In this document: one piece after another, positions 8,917-18,586 of the stretch | Numbering within the stretch: position 1 is the stretch's first letter | How the letters are laid out: every line of letters starts with the position of its first letter | DNA from: a virus | Lineage: Duplodnaviria > Caudoviricetes | DNA: 64,000 nucleotides | Virus record (IMG/VR): IMGVR_UViG_3300026258_000271 | Location: 32,001-96,000 of that record | Strand: one strand, 5' to 3' | Notes under the pieces: model-generated | What the model saw: only the letters and a program-made list of their open reading frames with translations | Databases searched by the model: none | Told to the model about the DNA's origin: nothing | Translations under genes and position numbers: made by a program

Positions 8917-10087
8917 AAATCTGTAATACCTTATTTAAAAGTGGAAAAACTTCTCCAAAATTTTCTTTCCTGTACTTGTCTGTACGATGAATTCTCTGTA
9001 TTCTTTGTTCTCTAATTTCCGGCGTGTCCCTATCAGCCGCGTTCATAAATCTAATGCTAGGTTGATAGTCTGTGAGCATATGGTACCTGTCTGTCACAAT
9101 CTGTTTAACTTGTTTTGGTAGTGTTTGTATATTGAAAACATCTGGATCAAAACAGGTGTTCACATAAAAAAACTTGGGTTGGTACTGTGCCACCCATAAT
9201 GAAATCTTTGCCCAATTAAAAACATTGAATACAGATACTGTTGAACATATCTGGAAATCCATGTTCTCAGTTTTCCTTTGTTTAAACTTAACAAGGTTAG
9301 CACTTACTTCTCGCCATTTTGCAGGGTGCCTTTGATATTCAAATGCATCGCCTATATCGTCTATACTGAATGCTATCTCCACGTGTTTGAAATACGACCA
9401 TAAGTCAAATATCTCTTGTGGTGGTAACTGAGTGCCGTTGGTGTTGTAGTGTATATCTATGTTCTTGGCATATCCTTTTTCAACACAATGCATTAGTATT
9501 TTGTAGTGGTCCTTTATCATGAACGGTTCACCTCCTGTGAACTCAAAGTACTCCACGTGTTTTAGATCCTCCTGCAACTCTTCAAAAAACTGTGGATTAC
9601 GTTTAGGCCATCCGCCCTCCTTTAATTGTTTCCTTGCAAGGGGATTGTCTTTGCCCTTGGCTGTTTCATAATCTATTTCTTCTTGAGCCCATTTTGAGGA
9701 ACTCCACGATCCGCATATTCTACATTTTAAATTACACACATTGCCTAACTTAAAGTCTATGAACTTGAGCGTTGGCTCGCTATTAGGTGTCCAATCCATC
9801 AAACTTTTCTTCATTTTATAAATGCTGTTTTGTCTTTTTGATGTTTTGCCTGCGTCCTCTTCTTGCCAGCAACTCTGACAACCAGCGGGGCGTTCACCAT
9901 TCTTAAATTTTTCCCTGAGTTTCTGCATGTATTCATGTCTCTGTATGTCACTTAGGTTTTGCTCATACACTTTGACATCAGGAATGCTACCTTTGTACAG
10001 ACAGCAAGGCGATGCCCCACCGTTCACGTCAACTTCCAAGTGTGTCCAGGGTAATGGACATACATTTGATTTTATATACTTGTCCAC
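8909..10087 (-). CDS. radical SAM protein with N-terminal Twitch domain
   Basis: CPLPW...PCC...CQSC; CNLKCRIC; GGEP; YNTNGT. Confidence 0.92.
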   Translation of the reverse strand: MDKYIKSNVCPLPWTHLEVDVNGGASPCCLYKGSIPDVKVYEQNLSDIQRHEYMQKLREKFKNGERPAGCQSCWQEEDAGKTSKRQNSIYKMKKSLMDWTPNSEPTLKFIDFKLGNVCNLKCRICGSWSSSKWAQEEIDYETAKGKDNPLARKQLKEGGWPKRNPQFFEELQEDLKHVEYFEFTGGEPFMIKDHYKILMHCVEKGYAKNIDIHYNTNGTQLPPQEIFDLWSYFKHVEIAFSIDDIGDAFEYQRHPAKWREVSANLVKFKQRKTENMDFQICSTVSVFNVFNWAKISLWVAQYQPKFFYVNTCFDPDVFNIQTLPKQVKQIVTDRYHMLTDYQPSIRFMNAADRDTPEIREQRIQRIHRTDKYRKENFGEVFPLLNKVLQIYD

Positions 10088-11469
10088 CAGTCTAATGCCT
10101 TTTTGTTTTTTGCTAATATTTTTGTTATGTCTGTTCCTCTAATTTTATCCAGGCGTTGGACTTCTGCTTTTCCTTGTTTTTGCCCTTGCTTGTATGTTTC
10201 TTCATCATACACCAATTCATTGTTTCTTTTTTGTTTCTGCATCTCGTCTAACTGCCCGAAAAAATTGTTTAAATTTTTATTTTTATATTTGATTGTTTTG
10301 TCTCTGGCGTCATTTATGATCTCGCTCATTATGTCATATGGCATAAACAAAGGAGCCATAGCATTGTCGTGTGAGAAATTGAACACTTGTTTAGTCAATA
10401 ATTCTATGTTGAGTTCGTTACTTAACATCACCATGTTTTCCAAATCGAAAAGACCCGGTAGGGTAATGGTCAAATCCAACTGCATTCTTTGATGTTGCTG
10501 TTTTACAAATTGTAGTCCATACTTCATGTTTGCCAACCATTCGTCATACTTTAAACCTGTCCTAATGTATTCTCCCACTTCTCCTGTACCATCAATTGAC
10601 GCACATATCTGCCAGTTAGGATAATGTTTCAATATGTCATCAAATAGATTGTACTTGTAGAAATTTATTCTGCTCATGTTGGAGTTGTATCTCGCCAATA
10701 CTTGATCTTGATATCCTAGTTCCACAATCCTCTTCATTGCTTCCCAATGTATCTTCCACATTAGGGGTTCGCCTCCGCACCAATATAACTCGGTGATACG
10801 TTTCTGTTCAACTGCTTCTGTGAATTCTTTTACCACTTGCTGATCATGGAATTGTTCTAACTGTGCTTTGATATCTTTTCTGCCCCAAATTCTGTAACGA
10901 TCATAATCACCTCTGCCGTTTTTCTTATTTTCAGTTTCCCAACTACTGCTCAGCATGTCGCCACACATTCTACAACTAAAATTACACAGATTAGAAAACC
11001 TATAATCAAAACTCTCCACCTGCATTGTTGTGGCACCTGTCTCATCTGTGCTGTTGAATGCTTCTTCGATTTTATTTTTATACAACCAATTAAAATGTTG
11101 TCTGTACACTTGTTCGTTAAGGAGTTTGTGATTGCACACAGCACACTGCGGTATCTCTTCACCTGCCAATAATTTCAATCTCACACTTTTCATATAGTCT
11201 GAATTCCAATGCTGTTCCAATGTTGTGAGATTCATCTTATCATTATTTCCCTTTGGATCGAAGGTATCAATGTACTGTTTGAAATTGGTAGATGATTCAC
11301 GTGAACTGCAACATAAACGTCTTTCCATCTGCGGTGACAGATATGTGTGAGTCCATGGTGCCATGCAGAATGTTTTGTTTCCGTCTTTTGGCTTAATCCT
11401 TTGATTCATCTTAGACACAATACCATTCCTTGGCCACCTTTCATCTGCTGTTGGAAATCTATCTGCCAT
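10072..11469 (-). CDS. radical SAM protein with N-terminal Twitch domain
   Basis: CMAPW...LCC...CAVC; CNFSCRMC; GGEP. Confidence 0.92.
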   Translation of the reverse strand: MADRFPTADERWPRNGIVSKMNQRIKPKDGNKTFCMAPWTHTYLSPQMERRLCCSSRESSTNFKQYIDTFDPKGNNDKMNLTTLEQHWNSDYMKSVRLKLLAGEEIPQCAVCNHKLLNEQVYRQHFNWLYKNKIEEAFNSTDETGATTMQVESFDYRFSNLCNFSCRMCGDMLSSSWETENKKNGRGDYDRYRIWGRKDIKAQLEQFHDQQVVKEFTEAVEQKRITELYWCGGEPLMWKIHWEAMKRIVELGYQDQVLARYNSNMSRINFYKYNLFDDILKHYPNWQICASIDGTGEVGEYIRTGLKYDEWLANMKYGLQFVKQQHQRMQLDLTITLPGLFDLENMVMLSNELNIELLTKQVFNFSHDNAMAPLFMPYDIMSEIINDARDKTIKYKNKNLNNFFGQLDEMQKQKRNNELVYDEETYKQGQKQGKAEVQRLDKIRGTDITKILAKNKKALDWWTSI

Positions 11470-12070
11470 TTTCAGCCTCTAGTGTGTCAGCCATGTTATG
11501 ATTTTCTTGTGCATGACCTCTTTCGTCTTCCCTTACTGCTGTCACAACGTCTCTTAATTTTGCATCATCTTTTAACCTATAATAATTTTTTGCAATTAGT
11601 GGAGCATCTATATTGTCTATTTTGCCTAGATCTATTGCCTTTAGATACGATGTGTAACTTATCACTGCTTGTTCCTCAAAATATCCAACCATCCTATGTG
11701 CAACTTTAGGGAAAAAAATGTAAAGGAACATATAGAAGTGCCAAAACAAAAATTGTGCCGTTATAATCATCCAACGTTCAAACCAATTTGGCTTCGCTAT
11801 TTCGATGAATATCATCAAGTGCATACGTTCATTTTCTGCTTCGGCAAGTAATTTTTGTATCCACCCTCTATCATCTGGTTTCATTTTTCTCAAACTACGC
11901 AGATGGTTCCACATTCCTGCTACCATGCCAGGCACACCTGCAACAGTTTCTAACACAACTGCCCTATGTCCATAACGTTTTGCAAAGAATGTATCTGCAA
12001 TCCACCTTAATCTCATAGTGAACCACAATGCACATTTGTCTCCAAAGTCTTTAGGTCTTCTATGCCTCAT
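11459..12070 (-). CDS. aox: alternative oxidase (di-iron ubiquinol oxidase)
   Basis: LETVAGVPGMV, EAENERMHL, GYFEEQAV and VREDERGH supply all four AOX iron-binding motifs; start moved to MRHRRP. Confidence 0.93.
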   Translation of the reverse strand: MRHRRPKDFGDKCALWFTMRLRWIADTFFAKRYGHRAVVLETVAGVPGMVAGMWNHLRSLRKMKPDDRGWIQKLLAEAENERMHLMIFIEIAKPNWFERWMIITAQFLFWHFYMFLYIFFPKVAHRMVGYFEEQAVISYTSYLKAIDLGKIDNIDAPLIAKNYYRLKDDAKLRDVVTAVREDERGHAQENHNMADTLEAENGR

Positions 12071-13349
12071 ATCTATCGAACAACTCCTTCCATTCAGGAA
12101 ATACATCTGTAAAATTTTCATTTCTAATTTTATCATATTTTCTTGTTTCGTTTATAAACATTTCAAGTTTGTCTGTTTTATCTCTACGGAATAGATAATC
12201 CAAAGCACTCTCATAACCTTTTGATGCACGTGTAAGGTGATCTTGTTTTTTTAACCATTCTATGTGTTTCTTATATTTTTCTTTAATTTTTTGTTTGTAA
12301 TCATCAGGTAAAAGATCCATACGTTGCCAGAGAGGATACTGCAACAAATTGAAGTTAAAGTCTTGTGCTTTGATAAGTCCTTGATCTACCCAGTTTTTAT
12401 GAAAATCAACTACGTGCAAAGAATTTGCAAGTCCTACCGTAGAACTTATATAAAAATCAACTTGTGGACATACTTCTAACATACGTTTTCTGTTTGCAAC
12501 TGTTTCTTCCCATACTGTACCTTTACGCATAAGTTCTGCACGTGGACCTTCTGCATCTAAACTTGCACCAATAGACACAGAATCAAATTTATTCCATAAT
12601 TCAAATATATCAGTACCTTTGAATTTAGATTTACTAAAGTTTGTATTGTAAATCAATCTTACATGATACATTTTACGTTTGTCTAACTCCTTTAATATCC
12701 GTAAATGTTCTTCCATTATAATAGGTTCACCTCCAGCAAAGTAAAACTGTTCTACATGATCAAATTGTTTCAGTAACTGCTCCCAAATATCATTACTGCT
12801 TCTACCAGCCCTCATAATTTTTGCATGTGGTGGGGGCGAACCTGTAAGTTTTTTGTGATCTTCGTACCAGTTACTACTAAACCAAGTGCCACAACTCCTG
12901 CAGGCCATGTTGCATAGGTTTGAGAAACGTATATCCCAATATTTGATTACAAAGTCAGCAGTACCATCTGGCTTTGTTGTATTGACCATGTCTATGTTGT
13001 GTCCAAAATGTTTGTTTGAACTTAGACGTAAACTAAAGAAACCTGATTTTTCTTGATCATAACATTTGAAACATTCTCGTGATGGTTTATTTGCCAACAT
13101 ATTCAAACGCATCTGTTTCATCTTAGGACCATTGAACACTTCTTCCATTGATTGTTTGTTTACATCACCTACTGGCAATTTGTCTAATGCAAAACAACAA
13201 GGGTATGCTCTGCCGTCTGGAAATGCATGAAGGTGCATCCATGGTAACATACAGAAGTTATCACTATCTATCAACAACTCCTTTTGTTTAGGAGTCATGT
13301 CTTTTATCTTAAGTTTCTCGGGCTCTTTGGCCCCATACTCATATGCCAC
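12060..13349 (-). CDS. radical SAM protein with N-terminal Twitch domain
   Basis: CMLPW...PCC...CFKC; CNMACRSC; GGEP. Confidence 0.92.
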   Translation of the reverse strand: MAYEYGAKEPEKLKIKDMTPKQKELLIDSDNFCMLPWMHLHAFPDGRAYPCCFALDKLPVGDVNKQSMEEVFNGPKMKQMRLNMLANKPSRECFKCYDQEKSGFFSLRLSSNKHFGHNIDMVNTTKPDGTADFVIKYWDIRFSNLCNMACRSCGTWFSSNWYEDHKKLTGSPPPHAKIMRAGRSSNDIWEQLLKQFDHVEQFYFAGGEPIIMEEHLRILKELDKRKMYHVRLIYNTNFSKSKFKGTDIFELWNKFDSVSIGASLDAEGPRAELMRKGTVWEETVANRKRMLEVCPQVDFYISSTVGLANSLHVVDFHKNWVDQGLIKAQDFNFNLLQYPLWQRMDLLPDDYKQKIKEKYKKHIEWLKKQDHLTRASKGYESALDYLFRRDKTDKLEMFINETRKYDKIRNENFTDVFPEWKELFDRYEA

Positions 13350-14682
13350 GGTACCATTCTCCTATAATTGGGAAAGTTTTTTCAAAGTCCTTCCCTTGTC
13401 GTTTGTCATATTGACTGTAGAATGCTTTAAAGTCCTTTTGCAGTTTACTCTGTTCGGCCGCACCTGCGTGTGGTGTCTTTACTACATCTAAATAATCTAT
13501 TAATCTTTGTGTGTGGTTCACTTCCATTTGTTCTAAAAATTTTTCATTGCCTTTTAAAAACTTCACAAGGTCTTCTTTAAATCTGTTACGTAAGTCATCT
13601 GGCAATACTAAAGGACTTTGAAAACTTGGAAATCTTAAAATGTTTAGTGTATAATTTATTGTTGGTCCGTATATGGCACTTGCTGTTTTAAACCAAACTA
13701 TTTTTTCCAAAAACTCAGGCAATGACTCCAAGCATAATGCATTAATGGTACACATGTTATGAATTTCTGATGGAACTTTGTCAACCATCATGTGTAATAG
13801 ATTAGAATGCCATTCGCCATAGTTTAATCCATCTCTGATATATTCTGCTTGTTTGAATGTTGCTTCACAACTTGTATATAAATGAAAGTGTTTAAATCCT
13901 TTCAGTTTGTTTTTAAATCTATCAATAATACTTTGTTTGGCACCAAGATTAGAATTTATTGCAAGACGCATACCGGGTCTCATTTTGTCTCCTTGCGTTT
14001 CGATCCAATCAAGCAGTCGCCATAGGTTAGGGGACATCATTGGTTCTCCTCCAGTGATACGTAATTCGTCCAGTGTTTTGTGTAGGTCGCTTTCCCACCA
14101 TTTATAAAATGCCTCGACATAAGGATTGGTCTCATCTTTTTTGTATGGTTCTGCCGAATCATGTGCATGGGTGAAGTGGTTACGTCCATCTGACATTAGG
14201 CTCATGTATGGTCCTTGATTTTTTATGTTGTTTGCCCATGTCGAACTAAAAGCAGGATTACAATACGTGCAGGCAAACTGACACACCCTGTCAAAAGCAA
14301 TTTCCAACGTTCTTAAATTAAAATCTTTTTGGTGATCAGACTTGTAAGCATCGTCGAGTTCTTTGTCAGTGTATATTTTTGATTTGTATACTCTGTCACT
14401 GATTGCATCTCTGCCTATGTCCTCTATCTTCCAACAGTACTCACAACCTGCAGGTCTTTCTCCACACTGCATCTGTCTACGTTGTTCTTTCTTTTGCCTT
14501 GTGTTGTGTATTGCACTTGGATTCTTTTTAATTTCTTCTAAATCAATTTTGTGTGGCAATGGGTGATGGCAACTTGTGGTCATACCACTGCCCAACCAAA
14601 TAGTCGCATTGTACCATTTTGCCGCACAGAAACTTGCGGATTTAGTATCTAATTTTTTTTGTTTAAACTCTAAGTCGTCCAT
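13339..14682 (-). CDS. radical SAM protein with variant N-terminal Twitch domain
   Basis: CAAKW...SCHHP...CEYC; CQFACTYC; GGEP; start moved to MDDLEF. Confidence 0.9.
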   Translation of the reverse strand: MDDLEFKQKKLDTKSASFCAAKWYNATIWLGSGMTTSCHHPLPHKIDLEEIKKNPSAIHNTRQKKEQRRQMQCGERPAGCEYCWKIEDIGRDAISDRVYKSKIYTDKELDDAYKSDHQKDFNLRTLEIAFDRVCQFACTYCNPAFSSTWANNIKNQGPYMSLMSDGRNHFTHAHDSAEPYKKDETNPYVEAFYKWWESDLHKTLDELRITGGEPMMSPNLWRLLDWIETQGDKMRPGMRLAINSNLGAKQSIIDRFKNKLKGFKHFHLYTSCEATFKQAEYIRDGLNYGEWHSNLLHMMVDKVPSEIHNMCTINALCLESLPEFLEKIVWFKTASAIYGPTINYTLNILRFPSFQSPLVLPDDLRNRFKEDLVKFLKGNEKFLEQMEVNHTQRLIDYLDVVKTPHAGAAEQSKLQKDFKAFYSQYDKRQGKDFEKTFPIIGEWYRGI

Positions 14683-15265
14683 ATACCTTATCTGCCCATT
14701 GTTTATTTTGTTCAACTGTCATATGATTTATATCACCTTTGCCCCAGTTGTCTTTGCCGCCACTGAACTGAAACATACTTTCGTCTATGAATGTCCCGGT
14801 TTTTAATTTTATTCCTGCGTCCTTGTCTGCTGTCTCAAATGGTTTGAAACTCCACATCTGTACTATCTCACTTTTTACTTTTGATAACACTTCCTTATCA
14901 TAGTGCTTGATAGCATATTCGTACGCCATTTCGTCTTTGTCGTAGTTGTGTAAATATTTCCAATAATTGTCTAAAGTTTTGTAAATGTTTGGGTCAACAC
15001 CTTCCAATGGTTGTGTGTTTGCACTTAAAATTAAATTTGGATGATACAACCTGTAAGGTTCAGTCCAACAAAATATAGATATATCCGGAACCATATTGCT
15101 TCTTATAAGTTTATTGTATAGAAAGAACACACTCCAAATACTTCTACCTGGACTGCCAAACCATCTAATTCTTGCCGCTCCTAATTTCTCTTGTAAGATA
15201 TTACACCAACTTTCGGGTTGGTTACTTGCACAGAAACTATCTCCAAAAAATCCTATTGTCTTCAT
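14663..15265 (-). CDS. SGNH/GDSL-like protein
   Basis: FFGDSF, G.S, C-terminal INH. Confidence 0.65.
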   Translation of the reverse strand: MKTIGFFGDSFCASNQPESWCNILQEKLGAARIRWFGSPGRSIWSVFFLYNKLIRSNMVPDISIFCWTEPYRLYHPNLILSANTQPLEGVDPNIYKTLDNYWKYLHNYDKDEMAYEYAIKHYDKEVLSKVKSEIVQMWSFKPFETADKDAGIKLKTGTFIDESMFQFSGGKDNWGKGDINHMTVEQNKQWADKVYGRLRV

Positions 15266-16656
15266 GCGTTCCTACACTCCTCATAAAATTCTTCCATCTC
15301 TGGAAATGTGTTTAAAAACCTTGTCAGGCGTCTACGATCGTGCTCATTAAAGAAAGCGTAAAAGTTTTTTTTATTTTGCGTACTTGCGTCCGTGTTTTCG
15401 CGCCAGTATGCGAGATTACGTTGCATCTTTTGAATCTCGAAATCCTTGAATATGTGTAACCCGTTGTCCTCGCCGGAATTATCTTTCATGTAGTCGATGT
15501 TGCTTTGGTGTATAGCCTGGTACGACTCTGGTAGCATTGTTATCTGTTGCCAAGCAGGTTGTCTTAACAGTGGCACGTCGAACCATACCCTCTGATAGGT
15601 TTTGGAGTACTTGCTACGCAGTTCCAGTATCTTCTGTAATAGTTTGTCCATACTTGTTATGCTTAGGTTGTTGTAAGTGCATATGAATGTGATAGAATTA
15701 CGCACAGGTATACGGTCCAGGAATTCCTCCACGTTGTCCATCATGTAGTTGAAATCCAATCCATGTCGTATGTATTCTGCTTTTTCTCCCCATGCATCCA
15801 CTGACACGAACTGCATCATGTGTTCAACCTTCTTCTCCATGCATATGTTCTGTGCCATGTTGAAGTACTTCTCCTTCAGTTTTTTATCTGGAGGACACAT
15901 ATTGCTTGTGACGTTAAGGTGCAGGTCATCCTTTGGATGATCCATAATGTATTGAAACACCTTGTATGTGTTTACATCCATCATGGGCTCTCCGCCAGTC
16001 ATACGGAAGTGTTTGAGATTCTTGTACAATGTGGGCCACCATTTCCAGAACGCTGTCACGTAGGGATTGTCCTCACGATTGGGTATTGGACGTCTCCTTC
16101 CCTGGAAGTGCTCTGGTGCATTGTGGGGAGGAGATGTGGGATATTGGCCATACCTGTCAATCTCCTTGCCCCACGTTGTTGAGAACTGTGGAGAACAATA
16201 ACTGCACTTGAAGTTACAAGCGTTGTTAAAGTTTACCTCCACATACCTCGGTGTCCAACGAGTTGTCATTGGATTCTGTCTAATCTGCTCAAAGTCCTGC
16301 ATGGCCCATGGTTCACCGGAACGGTAGTGTCTGTCCGACATCTCCCCAGTGTCCTCTAGTTTCCAGCAGTACGAACATCCGTCCGGACGTTCTCCTTGTA
16401 GCATCTTGAATCTTTGGTCCAGTTTCTCCACTGTGTTGTGCAGTGCGGCTGGATTCCTCTCTAGTTGCTTTTCATCGATCTTGTGCAGTGGCGGATGATA
16501 GCATGAATTGGTCAGTCCTGTTGGCAGGTGCAGTGATGTTTGGTTCCACTTGGCCAGGCACATGGTTGGAGAAACTTGTTGCAGTTTCTCTTTGGCCTTT
16601 AGTGCGTCTGCTTTGTAGTCACTAGTACTCACGGTCTTGCACTCCTCTGTTGACAT
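15262..16656 (-). CDS. radical SAM protein with variant N-terminal Twitch domain
   Basis: CLAKW...SCYHP...CSYC; CNFKCSYC; GGEP. Confidence 0.9.
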   Translation of the reverse strand: MSTEECKTVSTSDYKADALKAKEKLQQVSPTMCLAKWNQTSLHLPTGLTNSCYHPPLHKIDEKQLERNPAALHNTVEKLDQRFKMLQGERPDGCSYCWKLEDTGEMSDRHYRSGEPWAMQDFEQIRQNPMTTRWTPRYVEVNFNNACNFKCSYCSPQFSTTWGKEIDRYGQYPTSPPHNAPEHFQGRRRPIPNREDNPYVTAFWKWWPTLYKNLKHFRMTGGEPMMDVNTYKVFQYIMDHPKDDLHLNVTSNMCPPDKKLKEKYFNMAQNICMEKKVEHMMQFVSVDAWGEKAEYIRHGLDFNYMMDNVEEFLDRIPVRNSITFICTYNNLSITSMDKLLQKILELRSKYSKTYQRVWFDVPLLRQPAWQQITMLPESYQAIHQSNIDYMKDNSGEDNGLHIFKDFEIQKMQRNLAYWRENTDASTQNKKNFYAFFNEHDRRRLTRFLNTFPEMEEFYEECRNA

Positions 16657-17518
16657 GTTGTGGCATTACGAAACGATAGAACCTGCTGTCTGCCTCGCTG
16701 AATTCTGCTATGGGCATGTCAAGTTGCTGTCTTAGACTGTTGCCCCACATCTCTAATTCTCTACTCATGTTGGCCGGTTGCACAGATGCATGGAAGTAGT
16801 CCGCCATGCCGTTCAGATCACTCACATCGAAGTCATAGTTCTTGTGATCGACCACCGAGTAGAAACTGCCCATCCTCGCACCCAACATCGCAAACTTGCC
16901 GTTCTCCACATCGGCACCAATGGTGCACCATGTGGAAAGTATACGTAAGTTCGTGGGCCATATCCTTGCGAACTCTCCAGCAGATATAGGCTTGCCTTTG
17001 TCTGTACACATTTTGACACCTTCTCTGAATCCTGCCACGAATGCCTGCTGTGGTGTTGCATTTATCACTGTGTCCGAATAACAGTTGTGTAGATTCTCGT
17101 GTGGCACTCCCCAACAGAAATCTATTTTGTTTTCTTCACTCTCTGCGTTCTCGTGTGTCTTCATGTCTAGGCAGGTCTGCTTGTCCCAACCTACAAGTCC
17201 ACCATTTCCATATACCAACCCATTTACATTATTCTTTGCTCGCCATCTATGCACATGTTTCTTGTTTGTCTTTGTCCAATCCAGTGTCTGCAAAAGGAAA
17301 CTCTCATCGATTATGTTGTCTCCGTCCACACTTATGAAGAAATCTGTTTCCGCTTTCTCGGCCGCGGCCTTGTGTGCTGAATCAAATCCCACAACACCGT
17401 CCACACGCTTGGCCCATGGCACCTTGTTCTTGAGGTCCGCCCAGTTCTCTTCCTTGTTAGGCTCTTTAAAACTGATGTAAACAAAATCTAGGTCACTTAC
17501 TCGGACTTTATCTGCCAT
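16622..17518 (-). CDS. GT-A fold (GT2-like) glycosyltransferase
   Basis: FVYISFKE, GVVGFDSAHKAAA, VDGD DxD motif; start moved to MADKVR. Confidence 0.72.
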   Translation of the reverse strand: MADKVRVSDLDFVYISFKEPNKEENWADLKNKVPWAKRVDGVVGFDSAHKAAAEKAETDFFISVDGDNIIDESFLLQTLDWTKTNKKHVHRWRAKNNVNGLVYGNGGLVGWDKQTCLDMKTHENAESEENKIDFCWGVPHENLHNCYSDTVINATPQQAFVAGFREGVKMCTDKGKPISAGEFARIWPTNLRILSTWCTIGADVENGKFAMLGARMGSFYSVVDHKNYDFDVSDLNGMADYFHASVQPANMSRELEMWGNSLRQQLDMPIAEFSEADSRFYRFVMPQHVNRGVQDREY

Positions 17519-17802
17519 GTGTGCCCTCCTTTGTCTATGCCATCTACCCAAAATGGATCTCTGTCTTTGAAAACGTATCCCAGTTCTGATTTTTCTAGCG
17601 TTGGAAACTGTCTGCTAGTTTTTGGTTTTTCCTTCAGTGCAAACGTAGTAGGTGACGTCCATTCGTATGCGTACTCACCATTCTTGATCACATCCAATTT
17701 TTGCTCCAATGTGACCACTATGCTTTGTCCTTTTATGGTCACTGTATGCACTTTCTTTTTCGGCGATTGCAATTTATTAAATGCTTCAAAAAATCCTGGC
17801 AT
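17497..17802 (-). CDS. hypothetical phage protein
   Basis: 101-aa ORF overlapping both neighbours in the operon. Confidence 0.7.
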   Translation of the reverse strand: MPGFFEAFNKLQSPKKKVHTVTIKGQSIVVTLEQKLDVIKNGEYAYEWTSPTTFALKEKPKTSRQFPTLEKSELGYVFKDRDPFWVDGIDKGGHTWQIKSE

Positions 17803-18586
17803 CTAGTTCTCCTGGTATTTGCTTATCATGGTAATGTACAATCCTATCCTGTTTGTGTCCGCCTATGTACAAGGCATCACCTACTTTAATTGGAAAGAGA
17901 TAATTGTTGTTGTCAAACCCTGTGTTTATATTGTTGATATGCTGTTTGTTGTGCATAAACTGAAACCATTTGAAGTTGACTTTCTGTAATTGCAGAGGAT
18001 CCTGTAATTTATTGGCCAATGCATACACAACATCAGTTGTAGGTTGTTCGTCATGGCAGGCGATCAGTACATTGTTTTTGACTGTCTGCCAATTTTTAAT
18101 AATAGTTTCGCATATGTCATAAAATTTTTTTGCCTTTACGCTTTTTCTAAAGTAGTGTAACCCGTTGTATACGTCAGGTAATTGGTTCCTAGCAAATAAT
18201 TTCCTATAAAAACTGTTCTCCACAACATCATCTCTGTAATTTCTGCAGTTGTAAGAAAACACCTGGTCATGTTGACACAATTGATTCCACCACCAATCTG
18301 TATTTTGTGTGAACAGCATGTCTGCTTCAAGTTTTATAGTATGTGTGAAAGGTGTTAACCTAAATGCTTTGTACTCATTACTCAATTTCCATTCTTCATT
18401 GACACTTGCATCTTGCTTTAACACTCTCACGTGATCAAAAAGTTCGTCATCAACTTCCTTATTTGTTACCAGACATATACTGTTATGTTCGTTGTGCTTC
18501 TTTATACTTTCTGCAAGTCTTTTGCTTAACTCAACGTAGTCTGTTGTGGAGTTATTGAGTGCAAACCACATGAATCCTTTATCCAT
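17786..18586 (-). CDS. GT-A (GT8-like) glycosyltransferase
   Basis: DYVELS..LA.SIK, TPFTHTIKLEAD (DxD variant), late HYH. Confidence 0.65.
   Translation of the reverse strand: MDKGFMWFALNNSTTDYVELSKRLAESIKKHNEHNSICLVTNKEVDDELFDHVRVLKQDASVNEEWKLSNEYKAFRLTPFTHTIKLEADMLFTQNTDWWWNQLCQHDQVFSYNCRNYRDDVVENSFYRKLFARNQLPDVYNGLHYFRKSVKAKKFYDICETIIKNWQTVKNNVLIACHDEQPTTDVVYALANKLQDPLQLQKVNFKWFQFMHNKQHINNINTGFDNNNYLFPIKVGDALYIGGHKQDRIVHYHDKQIPGELDARIF

Noticed and set aside
11459-12070. PTOX (plastoquinol terminal oxidase) implying a cyanophage
   Set aside because: The motif LETVAGVPGMV is AOX-type (PTOX has ARVPYF), and there are no photosynthesis genes in the window.
8006-16656. RiPP cluster (radical SAMs acting on the 34-aa peptide)
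   Set aside because: No RRE domain, leader/core structure, protease or exporter is visible, and the context is sugar-modifying. Not fully excluded.
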